IMG/VR virus record: IMGVR_UViG_3300007512_001547
Location: 73,584-137,583 of that record
Length of the DNA stretch: 64,000 nt
Source: a virus
Strand: one strand, 5' to 3'
Part shown: positions 1 through 9,386 of the stretch, in pieces
Layout of the letters: each line of letters opens with the position of its first letter
Numbering within the stretch: the first letter of the stretch is position 1
Position numbers and translations under genes: made by a program
The notes under the pieces: generated by a model
Databases searched by the model: none
What the model saw: only the letters and a program-made list of their open reading frames with translations
Told to the model about the DNA's origin: nothing

Positions 1-1
1 A

Positions 2-232
2 ACAAAATGGATAGATCTTTTTAAAAAACGTGGTACTTTAGCTGACCCTTATGTTTTACCATATTTTACACAATATCCACAATATATTGGAGGATCATTT
101 CATATAACATTTAACATTAACAAAAAGAATAAAATATATTTTCTAGACGCATATAATGTAACTAGTGGAAACCCTACAGTTTCTATGCAAACCTTTTCGT
201 TTGCCCACTACTTTTCCCATAAATATAAGTAA
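2..232 (+). CDS. 3' end of a gene entering from outside the window (76 aa visible), unknown product
   Basis: Open frame from base 2 (TKWIDLFKKRGTLADP...FSHKYK) to TAA 230-232, which overlaps the next ATG (TAATG). Confidence 0.6.
   Translation, partial: TKWIDLFKKRGTLADPYVLPYFTQYPQYIGGSFHITFNINKKNKIYFLDAYNVTSGNPTVSMQTFSFAHYFSHKYK
219..225 (+). promoter_or_regulatory. T4-late-like promoter core (ATAAATA)
   Basis: CATAAATA ending 6 nt before ATG 232; the same core and spacing recur at several other starts. Confidence 0.45.
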
Positions 233-519
233 TGAAAATTACAGAAATTATAATACATAAACGAATAGGTGAACAAGCAACTGCAGGTGCTACATCAAGC
301 GGCAATATAGCAACAGTTACATCACCACACGTTGCAATAGGCAAGGATAGAGGTAATAAATCCTATATAGGATCACCAGGACGTTCAGGCACAAAAGCAC
401 CAAAACTACCTAAAATAGTACAAAAGAAAAATAAAGACGGTACAGCTAAACCATGGCATGAATTAGGAAAAGGTACTAGTATGTTTGGTGGGCCTGTACA
501 ACGGAGACCATATCCATAA
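232..519 (+). CDS. Small hypothetical protein, putative head-associated (MKxxE(I/F) N-terminus)
   Basis: 95 aa; start MKITEII resembles the MKAQEFI and MKYNEFN starts of neighbours; coupled at both ends. Confidence 0.7.
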   Translation: MKITEIIIHKRIGEQATAGATSSGNIATVTSPHVAIGKDRGNKSYIGSPGRSGTKAPKLPKIVQKKNKDGTAKPWHELGKGTSMFGGPVQRRPYP

Positions 520-677
520 TGGAACTAAAAAAATGCAAGAACTGTGGTGGTGATTCACACTGCGAAACTAGAGCTACAAGAACGGAACATAGGTATCCAT
601 CTGAAGGCGGCGAAGAATATGAAATAGAAGTATGCCGTGAATGTAGATGCGACACTTGTAAATAAATACTACTATGA
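519..677 (+). CDS. 52-aa Cys-rich putative zinc-binding microprotein (not in ORF track)
   Basis: MELKKCKNCGGDSHCETRATRTEHRYPSEGGEEYEIEVCRECRCDTCKIILL; TAATG overlap upstream and ATGA overlap downstream; 7 Cys (CxxC, HC, CxxCxCxxC). Confidence 0.75.
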
Positions 678-1093
678 AAGCACAAGAATTTATTCAAGAA
701 GGCGCATCAATGTTACCTTACTTTAAAAAAGATGAAAAAACTTGGTCTTTTCCAGATGCTTGGGCAAAAGACGAAGCATTAGACACACCTTATATGAGTA
801 ATATGAGTATGCGTCAGTTTTTAGACACACTAGGATATGACAGTGATTTTGAAAGTGCAAGTCCAGTAGATGCAAAAGAATTTATAGGACGTACTACACA
901 ATGGTTACAAAAAAATATTGATAAACCATCACAAGAAATTCCAACAACAGTTGATAGATCCGGAGGCGGTGCTACAATGATAGGTGGCGGAAAACCAGAA
1001 GGTTGGGATAATAGACAAGTAAAACATCATAACGAATTAGCAAGAAAAATTTTAGCAAAATATCCAGAAGTAACACATTTTGGATTTAATTAA
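674..1093 (+). CDS. Hypothetical protein, putative head-associated
   Basis: 139 aa, starts MKAQEFIQEG; no recognisable catalytic motif. Confidence 0.75.
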   Translation: MKAQEFIQEGASMLPYFKKDEKTWSFPDAWAKDEALDTPYMSNMSMRQFLDTLGYDSDFESASPVDAKEFIGRTTQWLQKNIDKPSQEIPTTVDRSGGGATMIGGGKPEGWDNRQVKHHNELARKILAKYPEVTHFGFN

Positions 1094-1094
1094 T

Positions 1095-3221
1095 ATGAAA
1101 TATAACGAATTTAATAACCCTAGAGAAAAACCACAAGTTAGACCAGTAACAACCATGACGTCAAAAGAGCTTGGTGATAGAATAGAAAAAGCAAGAGCAA
1201 AAAATTATAAAAAACCTGAACCATTGGACTTTACAAAATTATGGAGTAAAGAAAAACCAGCAGTAGAAGCAGGTGTAACACCAGGCGGAACAAAAGTTGA
1301 TTATGCCAATATAATGTTTCGTGGTAAAGAAATAGATCATAATAGTATAGAATATGAAATGCAGGATTTTAGTGATATGATTTATGAGCTACATGGAGCA
1401 AAATATATAGATGGTACACCTTTAACTGATGAAGAATTACAAGAACTTGAAAGGACAGACGAATTTACTGACTGGGTTAGTATGGATTATGCATCATCTG
1501 GACCAGATGCGCCAGACGATTATCCATTTGAAGAAGACGGTATGACATCTGCTGATGTTGATCGAATAAGAAACCAAAAGTTTACTACCAACCAAATTAA
1601 ACAGGCTTATCGTGTTTTAAATCATCCAAGAGTTAAAGGTGGCAATTATACAGCCGCTTATAATATTATTAATAGAATTGCTCCTGGTCTAGCAGATCAC
1701 CCAGATGTTGCAAACGCATTAAGAAGAGCAAATGAAATGAAAGAAGATATAACAACAATGGCATCAAGAGTAATCAGAAATTATGCTAGAGAGATTGGTC
1801 CGGATTCCATGGACTATGGTATGTTTATGACATCAGCAGAACTATTAGACAAAGGTATGCTGAAATCATTAGCACAACTTATAGATAAGTCAGATACCGC
1901 TCCAAGAGAATACGTAATGAAAAAAATAGCGGATCATGATCCAGAGACATTTAAAAAAATGTATGGTGACCAAGAGGGTTATCTTTCTGTAATGAAACCA
2001 GCACAAGATTTAAAAGATGCTGACTACAATAACTCTTTACAAAATAAATTAGATAAAGCTATGCAAGAATACGACTCACCAGAAAAGAAAGCAGAACGTG
2101 ATGCATTAATGAAAAAGTATCTTGCTAAAGGTGGAAAAGTTGAAAAAGTACCAACAGGAAAAACTGCATACAAAGGAAAAGAATTAAAACCACAATATAA
2201 AAAAGATAATGGAACACCAATTACAAGTCCAATGAGCGACGAATCAGTGCAAGAAGACATTTCAGAAAAAGGCAGAATTGCTTTAGAAAAAGCAGGATTT
2301 GATCCAAATGCAATTCATGAGTATATGGCAGTGTTCAATGACCACGGTGATACTTCAGAGTTAGAAGACATGAACGAAGTTAAAATTGGAGTAGCAGATG
2401 CTATGGCCATGGTGTTAGCATCTCACGATGCTGGAGATATGTATCCAAAAAGTCCATATAGTAGTGATCCAAAATATAGAAGTAAAGAATCAGTTGAAGA
2501 ATCATCTATCAAACCTTATGTGTCAATGTATAAAGGTGATGATGGAAAAACTGTATATGACGTACTAGACAAAGACGGTAAATCAGCATACAAAACAAAA
2601 GATGAAAGATTAGCACAGCATTACTTCAAAAAAAATTATCAAAAATTAAAAGAAGACGGCGCTCCATTTGGTTCAGGCATGGAACTTTTAAGAATGGCAA
2701 TTATGAGAAAGTTTATTACTGTTCAAGAATGGGATTTATTAAAACACAAATGGAAAGAAGCGGCCGCTGAAGTTGAACAACAATATAGTGATTGGCCAGA
2801 AGGCGAAGGTTTTGGATCATCAGATCACAACTTTGCAATTAGAGATTTAATGACTGCTGTTGGATATGAATTTGATGACCAAGATACAAGTGGTAGATTT
2901 GTTGTTACAAAACAACCAGAAGAAATAGAAAAAGCAGGTATTAAAAATGTTAGAATGCAAGGTGAACCTGTTGCAACAGAAGGTGGTATGCCTGCTTCAA
3001 TTATTAAACATAAACAAAAACTTGCACATATGTCTGATGAAGAATTAGCAGATAGATTTAAAGATTTTGATGAACAAAGATTAAGACAAATGGCTTGGAG
3101 ACACGGATATGGTAAAATGAGTTCTCATTACTTGGACAGAGTTAGAAACCATATGACTAGCAAAAGAACTGGAACATACGAATCAAAACTTGCTAATATG
3201 TTAAATCAACGTCTTAAATAA
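1095..3221 (+). CDS. Large modular hydrophilic protein, putative internal head (poly)protein
   Basis: Likely start ATG 1095 (MKYNEF); ~708 aa of unrelated charged modules joined by short Glu-containing linkers. Confidence 0.75.
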   Translation: MKYNEFNNPREKPQVRPVTTMTSKELGDRIEKARAKNYKKPEPLDFTKLWSKEKPAVEAGVTPGGTKVDYANIMFRGKEIDHNSIEYEMQDFSDMIYELHGAKYIDGTPLTDEELQELERTDEFTDWVSMDYASSGPDAPDDYPFEEDGMTSADVDRIRNQKFTTNQIKQAYRVLNHPRVKGGNYTAAYNIINRIAPGLADHPDVANALRRANEMKEDITTMASRVIRNYAREIGPDSMDYGMFMTSAELLDKGMLKSLAQLIDKSDTAPREYVMKKIADHDPETFKKMYGDQEGYLSVMKPAQDLKDADYNNSLQNKLDKAMQEYDSPEKKAERDALMKKYLAKGGKVEKVPTGKTAYKGKELKPQYKKDNGTPITSPMSDESVQEDISEKGRIALEKAGFDPNAIHEYMAVFNDHGDTSELEDMNEVKIGVADAMAMVLASHDAGDMYPKSPYSSDPKYRSKESVEESSIKPYVSMYKGDDGKTVYDVLDKDGKSAYKTKDERLAQHYFKKNYQKLKEDGAPFGSGMELLRMAIMRKFITVQEWDLLKHKWKEAAAEVEQQYSDWPEGEGFGSSDHNFAIRDLMTAVGYEFDDQDTSGRFVVTKQPEEIEKAGIKNVRMQGEPVATEGGMPASIIKHKQKLAHMSDEELADRFKDFDEQRLRQMAWRHGYGKMSSHYLDRVRNHMTSKRTGTYESKLANMLNQRLK

Positions 3222-3233
3222 AACTACAACAAA

Positions 3234-3241
3234 TATAAATA
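3234..3241 (+). promoter_or_regulatory. T4-type late promoter TATAAATA
   Basis: Exact T4 late consensus, 5 nt before ATG 3247; no SD sequence. Confidence 0.6.
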
Positions 3242-3246
3242 CTTAG

Positions 3247-4080
3247 ATGGCACATAATAAATCCGAAGATAATAGTTTTAGAGACCTGGTTGCTCGTTTA
3301 AACGCAATGAGTAACATGACTCCTGAGCAAGAACGTGCATCTCTAATGGAATCAGTTGGCAAGGCACCAAAAGTACTAGACGACAAAGACATTTCATTAG
3401 CAGATATTGCCAAATTAGCAGGTATTAAAGAATATGTTGAACCTGTAAAAGTTTCTAAAAAAGCACAAAAACTAGTTGAGGAAATTACTAAAGAACCAAA
3501 AGTAGAATCAAGCATAGCTAAAGCAATAGCAGAGTCTGACGCTGATGATTCAATATCAACAAACATTAAAAAAGCAGTAACAGAAGAAAGCAATAGATTA
3601 GATAAAATTACTGAACTTGAAGCACAACTAGCAGAATTAAAAGCAGAACAAAAAGAAGAACAAACATATGATAGTAAAGCATTTAGAGACGTTATCTCAA
3701 CAGATATCGCAGAATATATTAAAAACGCAGAAGAATCTCAACTTGTTGAATTATACAACACTTTCTCAGACAATGAAGCAATTTACAATGAAGAACAAAA
3801 AAGCATTCTTGTCAAAACTCCAGAAACTACAGAAATAATTGCAGACGCAGAAAAAGCAGAAGCACCTGAAGAAGATGAAGTTGTTCAAGAAAAAGAACCA
3901 GAAGAAAGATCAGTAGACTTAGATAAAGAAGTTTTACCAGATCCTGGAACACCATCAGTAGAAACACCTGCTGTAGAAGATGGTGGCGAAGAAGTTGAAC
4001 TAGATGCTGTTGAACCAGCAATTGAAGTCCCTCAACAAGATAAATTTACCAACGATTTAGACCCAGTAGAAAAAAAATAA
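3247..4080 (+). CDS. Very acidic coiled-coil protein, possible prohead core/scaffold-like
   Basis: 277 aa, Glu/Asp-rich, coiled-coil segment (LDKITELEAQLAELKAEQKEE), late promoter upstream. Confidence 0.7.
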   Translation: MAHNKSEDNSFRDLVARLNAMSNMTPEQERASLMESVGKAPKVLDDKDISLADIAKLAGIKEYVEPVKVSKKAQKLVEEITKEPKVESSIAKAIAESDADDSISTNIKKAVTEESNRLDKITELEAQLAELKAEQKEEQTYDSKAFRDVISTDIAEYIKNAEESQLVELYNTFSDNEAIYNEEQKSILVKTPETTEIIADAEKAEAPEEDEVVQEKEPEERSVDLDKEVLPDPGTPSVETPAVEDGGEEVELDAVEPAIEVPQQDKFTNDLDPVEKK

Positions 4081-4089
4081 ATACCCTAT

Positions 4090-4326
4090 ATGACGGGTAT
4101 TCCTTACAACTATAAAGATTATATTAATGACGTTACTAAAATGCGTCAAAGAGGAGCCATTAGTGCAGGTGAACAAGTAAAATCTCCTAACAGTGCTGGT
4201 AGTAGAGGACTTGCAAAAGTTGAAGCATTTGCTGATAGTCCAAATCAAATAATGAAAAATAACGATGTAGTTGAAGAACACGATCAAGAATTACAACGTA
4301 TCATGAAATTAGCGGGTCTACTCTAA
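4090..4326 (+). CDS. Small hypothetical protein, putative head-associated
   Basis: 78 aa ending ELQRIMKLAGLL (KLAG also in the preceding ORF); ATAAATA 6 nt upstream. Confidence 0.7.
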   Translation: MTGIPYNYKDYINDVTKMRQRGAISAGEQVKSPNSAGSRGLAKVEAFADSPNQIMKNNDVVEEHDQELQRIMKLAGLL

Positions 4327-4333
4327 AAACCAT

Positions 4334-4362
4334 TTGCATATCATCTAAAACTGTTATATACT
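4334..4362 (+). promoter_or_regulatory. sigma70-type promoter
   Basis: TTGCAT-N17-TATACT, followed by SD AGGAG before ATG 4385. Confidence 0.7.
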
Positions 4363-4384
4363 TGTTATAACAACAGGAGAAACT

Positions 4385-4642
4385 ATGGCAGTAAGAAACT
4401 TTAACGAAGAAGAAAAACAAAAATTAATCCAAATTATATCACAAGGTTCACAAGTGTTAGGTGAAGTTGATGATTTACGATCTGGATTAAGAGATACCGT
4501 TAAGTCAATTGCAGAGGAATTAGAATTAAAACCTGCATTAATCAACAAAGCAATTTCCGTTGCACATAAAGGCAATTACCAAAATATTGCTGATGACATG
4601 GACGCATTAGAAAGCATACTAAACTCAGTCGGTAAACTTTAG
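4385..4642 (+). CDS. T4 DsbA/GapR-like double-stranded DNA-binding protein
   Basis: 85 aa helical pattern (L..II......GEVDDLR..LRD.VK..AEELE.KP..INKAI...HK) resembling T4 DsbA/DUF2312; sits just before the replication genes. Confidence 0.6.
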   Translation: MAVRNFNEEEKQKLIQIISQGSQVLGEVDDLRSGLRDTVKSIAEELELKPALINKAISVAHKGNYQNIADDMDALESILNSVGKL

Positions 4643-4920
4643 TGTATCGTTTACTCAAAGAATTTTGGGTAACAAGTTACAAACAAGATAAAATTGCTTT
4701 TTACCTAGAAGTATTTTCAGTCTCAGTTACGGTAGCAGGATCATATCTATTAACTTTTACCTCCCCAGGACCAGATATGCGTTTGATTTTTCCATTGTAT
4801 CTTTTAGGTTCATCTACTCTTGCATATGCATCATGGCGTAGAAGGATAATTTGGACTTGCGTTTTGGCATCATGGTTTACTATAATGAATGTAATAGGAA
4901 ATTTTAGAGTATTTTTATGA
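4642..4920 (+). CDS. Small membrane protein (about 3 TM helices)
   Basis: GTG start overlapping the upstream stop; three hydrophobic stretches. Confidence 0.7.
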   Translation: MYRLLKEFWVTSYKQDKIAFYLEVFSVSVTVAGSYLLTFTSPGPDMRLIFPLYLLGSSTLAYASWRRRIIWTCVLASWFTIMNVIGNFRVFL

Positions 4921-5153
4921 GAACAAAAACAAAATATATTCACGTTAATCAACACAAAATTCGTTCAAATAAAAAACATGGCTTAAATGATCCAGTTATC
5001 ACAATTAAACAAGGTTCTAAAAATACTTACTGTCACGAGGTTGCAATATTAGGACCAAGCCAAGTATTATATGGAGGTAATAATAAACCTTTACTTCCTT
5101 GTGGTGCTAGAGTTGTTATTAAAACAGAAAGTGATGTTGAAATTATTAAATGA
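4917..5153 (+). CDS. Hypothetical protein
   Basis: 78 aa, ATGA overlaps at both ends. Confidence 0.75.
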   Translation: MRTKTKYIHVNQHKIRSNKKHGLNDPVITIKQGSKNTYCHEVAILGPSQVLYGGNNKPLLPCGARVVIKTESDVEIIK

Positions 5154-7813
5154 GTTACATAGACGCTCTATATAAAAAAGACGAAGACAAAATTTACGTA
5201 GTAGAACGTGATTCTAAAAAAGGTCGTGTATTTGTAGATTATGATGCTAGGTATGTATTCTATTATCCAGACACAAGAGGCAAACATAAATCCATGACTG
5301 GTGAAACATTACAAAAAGTACAATGTCGTACATCAAAAGAATTCATTAAAGAGCAACGAATAAGGTCTAATAAAACTCTTTATGAACAAGATATCAATCC
5401 AGTGTTTAGATGCCTTGAGGAAAATTATTTAGGTAAAGAAACACCCAAGTTAAACGTACTGTTCTTTGATATCGAAGTGGACTTTGATCCTGAAAAGGGT
5501 TATGCCACAACTGATGATCCGTTCATGCCCATAACTGCCATAAGTTGTTATATGGAATGGACGGATCAATTAGTTACCCTTGCAATTCCACCAAAAACAA
5601 TTACAATGCAAGAAGCAAAAGTACTCACAGAGAGATTTCCTAATACAATGTTATTCGAAAAAGAAAAAGATATGCTTGATGCATTTTTACAATTAGTTGA
5701 AGATGCAGATATTTTATCAGGTTGGAACTCAGAAGGATATGACATTCCATACACAGTAGGACGAATACAAAAAGTTTTAAGCAGTGATGATACAAGACGT
5801 TTATGTTTTTGGGGAGAAAAACCTAAAAAAAGAGTATTTGAAAAATACGGTAGAGAACATTTAAGTTATGATTTAATTGGCAGAGTACATTTAGATTTAT
5901 TAGAGTTATATAGAAAATACACATATGAAGAACGTCATAGTTTTAGATTAGATGCAATAGGTGAACATGAATTAGGAGAAAAGAAAACTATATATGAAGG
6001 ATCGTTAGATTCACTTTATAAAAATGACTTTGGTTTGTTTATAGAATATAACAGACAAGACACACACTTACTTGCAAAATTAGAAAAGAAATTAAAATTT
6101 ATAGATTTGGCAAACGAAATAGCACACCAAAATACTGTATTGCTACAAACTACAATGGGTGCAGTTGCAGTTACAGAACAAGCAATCGTTAACGAAGCAC
6201 ATAGACGTGGCATGATTGTACCAGGTAGAAAATACAGAGAAAAAGACGCTGAACCAATTACGGCGGCAGGTGCTTATGTGGCAACTCCAAAAAAAGGTAT
6301 ACATGACTGGATAGGATCTATTGATATTAACTCACTATATCCATCTGTTATTAGAGCATTGAACATGGGTCCAGAAACTATTGTAGGACAAATAAGACCA
6401 GTAATAACATCAGCAGAAATAAACAGAGCAAAATTACAAAAAAAATCATTTGCGGCGGCTTGGGATAATCAATTTGGCAGTTGGGAATATCAAGCAGTAA
6501 TGAACAAAGATAAAGGTACAGAAATAGTTATAGATTGGGCTGACGGTACTAGTATTAGAATGTCAGCGGCACAACTGTATGATTTAGTATTTGAAAGTAA
6601 CAACAAATGGATGTTAAGTGCCAATGGCACAATATTCACATATGAATTTGAAGCAATTATTCCAGGACTACTTAAACGTTGGTATGCTGAACGAAAAGAA
6701 ATGCAACGTAAAATGCAACAGTCTGGAAGTAACGAAATTGAAAGAGCATATTGGGATAAAAGACAATTAGTTAAAAAAATTAATTTAAATAGTTTATATG
6801 GAGCACTTTTAAATCCTGGTTGTAGATTTTTTGATATACGTATAGGACAATCAGTAACATTAACAGGCAGATGCATTACAAAACACATGGCGGCAAAAGT
6901 AAATGATATTATTGCAGGCAAATATAATCATACTGGCGAATCTATAATTTATGGAGATACAGATTCAGTTTATTTTACAGCACATAAAACTTTACAAAAT
7001 GATATTAACGCAGGTAAAATTGCTTGGAATAAAGAATCAGTAATTGCATTATATGATAAAATTGCAGAGGAAATGAATACATCTTTTACAGGATTCATGA
7101 CTAACGCATTTCATTGTCCACATACACGTGGTTCTGTTATTAGAGCAGGTAGAGAACTTGTAGCAATTAAAGGATTATTCATTACAAAGAAAAGATATGC
7201 AGTATTATATTACGACATTGAAGGTGAACGTACAGATAACGCAGGTAAAGAAGGCAAAATGAAAGCTATGGGATTAGATTTAAAAAGATCTGATACTCCA
7301 ATATTTGTACAAGATTTTTTAAGTGATATATTATATATGGTATTAACAGGTAAAACAGAAAAACAAGTATTAAACAGGATTGGCGAATTTAGATCAGAAT
7401 TTAAAGCAAGACCTGGTTGGGAAAAAGGATCTCCAAAAAGAGCAAATAATGTTACAAAATATACCGACGAAGAAAAGAAAAAAGGCAAAGCAAATATGCC
7501 AGGACACGTAAGAGCAAGTATGAACTGGAACAACTGTAAACAAATGTATGGTGACAAGTATTCTTTACCTATATTAGATGGTGCAAAAGTTATTGTATGT
7601 AAACTTAAAAACAATCCATTAAACTATACAAGTATTGCATATCCTACAGATGAATTACGTATTCCAGAATGGTTTAAAGAACTACCTTTTGATTCTGAAG
7701 CTATGGAACAAACAATATTAAATCAAAAGATAGACAACCTAATAGGTGTATTAAATTGGGACGTACAAAGTACTGAAACCAGTAATACATTCAACAAACT
7801 GTTTGAATTCTAA
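5150..7813 (+). CDS. Family B DNA polymerase with 3'-5' exonuclease (T4 gp43-like)
   Basis: Exo motifs FFDIEVD, GWNSEGYDIPY, YNRQD; polymerase motifs DINSLYPS, KINLNSLYG, YGDTDS, KKRYA. Confidence 0.98.
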   Translation: MSYIDALYKKDEDKIYVVERDSKKGRVFVDYDARYVFYYPDTRGKHKSMTGETLQKVQCRTSKEFIKEQRIRSNKTLYEQDINPVFRCLEENYLGKETPKLNVLFFDIEVDFDPEKGYATTDDPFMPITAISCYMEWTDQLVTLAIPPKTITMQEAKVLTERFPNTMLFEKEKDMLDAFLQLVEDADILSGWNSEGYDIPYTVGRIQKVLSSDDTRRLCFWGEKPKKRVFEKYGREHLSYDLIGRVHLDLLELYRKYTYEERHSFRLDAIGEHELGEKKTIYEGSLDSLYKNDFGLFIEYNRQDTHLLAKLEKKLKFIDLANEIAHQNTVLLQTTMGAVAVTEQAIVNEAHRRGMIVPGRKYREKDAEPITAAGAYVATPKKGIHDWIGSIDINSLYPSVIRALNMGPETIVGQIRPVITSAEINRAKLQKKSFAAAWDNQFGSWEYQAVMNKDKGTEIVIDWADGTSIRMSAAQLYDLVFESNNKWMLSANGTIFTYEFEAIIPGLLKRWYAERKEMQRKMQQSGSNEIERAYWDKRQLVKKINLNSLYGALLNPGCRFFDIRIGQSVTLTGRCITKHMAAKVNDIIAGKYNHTGESIIYGDTDSVYFTAHKTLQNDINAGKIAWNKESVIALYDKIAEEMNTSFTGFMTNAFHCPHTRGSVIRAGRELVAIKGLFITKKRYAVLYYDIEGERTDNAGKEGKMKAMGLDLKRSDTPIFVQDFLSDILYMVLTGKTEKQVLNRIGEFRSEFKARPGWEKGSPKRANNVTKYTDEEKKKGKANMPGHVRASMNWNNCKQMYGDKYSLPILDGAKVIVCKLKNNPLNYTSIAYPTDELRIPEWFKELPFDSEAMEQTILNQKIDNLIGVLNWDVQSTETSNTFNKLFEF

Positions 7814-7821
7814 ATAGTATT

Positions 7822-8619
7822 ATGCTGAGTATAGAAGAAATAAAACTGTTAATTGAAAAACTTGAAAAAGTAAAAAAAGAAGATTTACAAAAATTAATTG
7901 ATTCTAATTTAAAAATTCTAAAAAATTTAGCAATAGCTATAGATGCTAATAATAACGAAGAAATTAACAGATTAGATAAGACTGTAGAATGGTATAGACT
8001 TGATCTGGAACAGAAAATAAAAAAGCCTGTTGTTGACCTGATGTTATATAGAACAATACAAACAAAAATATTTCAATTTGCTAAAACCAATATTTACAAT
8101 AGTTTAGAAATAGGCCCAGGTACAGGAATGTTTTCCAAAGAATTTAGATCATGGAGGAACAATTTCTTTTTAGAAACAATACCAGAACTAGAACTAAAAA
8201 TTAGAAGAAGATTTAAACCTCCACATCAAAAATATTTAAAATTTTATACAACACGCAGAACAGAATGTTCAAATATTCCACAAGGTTCATGCAACTTTGT
8301 GTTTAGTTGGGATACCTTTGTATTTTTTACACAAAATCATATACAACAATATCTACATGACATTAAAAGAGTGTTAATACCGGGTGGTTATGTGTTTATA
8401 CAATATGCTGATTGCCATTATGATTATGACTTACATCTAGCAAAACGTGGTTATTGGAATTATAATACCAAAACTGCAATGGAAAAAATTATTAAAGAAG
8501 AAGGTTATGAAATTATAGAAATGTTACAATTTAAACCAGGTGCCAATTATGCCATATTTAAAAAACCTGGTAAACAAAATCCTGCTATATATAAAATTTC
8601 TGAAATGACACTTGATTAA
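7822..8619 (+). CDS. Class I SAM-dependent methyltransferase
   Basis: Motif I LEIGPGTG, motif-like NFVFSWDTF and RVLIPGG; TAAATA 5 nt upstream. Confidence 0.85.
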   Translation: MLSIEEIKLLIEKLEKVKKEDLQKLIDSNLKILKNLAIAIDANNNEEINRLDKTVEWYRLDLEQKIKKPVVDLMLYRTIQTKIFQFAKTNIYNSLEIGPGTGMFSKEFRSWRNNFFLETIPELELKIRRRFKPPHQKYLKFYTTRRTECSNIPQGSCNFVFSWDTFVFFTQNHIQQYLHDIKRVLIPGGYVFIQYADCHYDYDLHLAKRGYWNYNTKTAMEKIIKEEGYEIIEMLQFKPGANYAIFKKPGKQNPAIYKISEMTLD

Positions 8620-8640
8620 TATATGAATAACCTATATAAT
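8612..8640 (+). promoter_or_regulatory. sigma70-type promoter, near-leaderless
   Basis: TTGATT-N17-TATAAT; -35 overlaps the last codons of the methyltransferase; ATG 8 nt downstream, no SD. Confidence 0.6.
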
Positions 8641-8648
8641 AAAGCACT

Positions 8649-9386
8649 ATGATAGATATCTTGAAAGACATTGTCAAGCATACGCATGGCTTGGGATTTT
8701 TAGATCTTGTTAAAATTACTGGAGACAGTAACGAGACTGTCATTGATTCAATGGCAGAAGACAGATCAGTTATCTTGCAAGGATCTTTTCACAAACCACA
8801 ATCAGAAATGGTTGGTACTTTTGGTATGCCACAGTTAGGCAAACTAGATATTCACTTGAAGTGCCCAGAATATAAAGAAAAAGCAAAAATAACTGTACTC
8901 AAAGGAACTAGGAATGGCGCTGAAGTGCCAACAGGTATTCATTTTGAAAATGAAAAAGGTGACTTTAAGAACGATTACAGATTTATGAATGCTGAAATTA
9001 TCAACGAGAAACTTAAAACAGTTAAATTTAAAGGTGTTAAGTGGGACGTTGAAATTGAACCAAGTGTGGCAAGTGTACAAAGATTTAACTTTCAGTCAGT
9101 AGCAAATACAGAACACAATTCTTTTGTTGTTAGAACAGAGAATGGTAACCTGGTATTCACATTTGGTGATCAAGCATCACACGGTGGAGAATTTGTTTTT
9201 GCAAACGGAATGAATGGAACTCTAAACAAAGGATGGAGTTGGCCTGTAGCACAGGTATTGCAAATACTGAAACTCTCTGATTCGGCAAAAGTTATGTTGC
9301 ATTTTTCTAACGAAGGTGCAATGATGATTTCTGTTGATTCAGGACTTGGCAAGTATCAATATATTATTCCAGCTCAGGCGCAATAA
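8649..9386 (+). CDS. Putative sliding clamp (gp45-like)
   Basis: 245 aa, two similar-sized alpha/beta halves, close to the polymerase gene; no diagnostic motif, so the assignment rests on size and context. Confidence 0.5.
   Translation: MIDILKDIVKHTHGLGFLDLVKITGDSNETVIDSMAEDRSVILQGSFHKPQSEMVGTFGMPQLGKLDIHLKCPEYKEKAKITVLKGTRNGAEVPTGIHFENEKGDFKNDYRFMNAEIINEKLKTVKFKGVKWDVEIEPSVASVQRFNFQSVANTEHNSFVVRTENGNLVFTFGDQASHGGEFVFANGMNGTLNKGWSWPVAQVLQILKLSDSAKVMLHFSNEGAMMISVDSGLGKYQYIIPAQAQ

Noticed and set aside
5150-7813. Intein or intron in the DNA polymerase
   Set aside because: The 887-aa frame is continuous, motifs are normally spaced, and no Hint or homing-endonuclease signature is visible.
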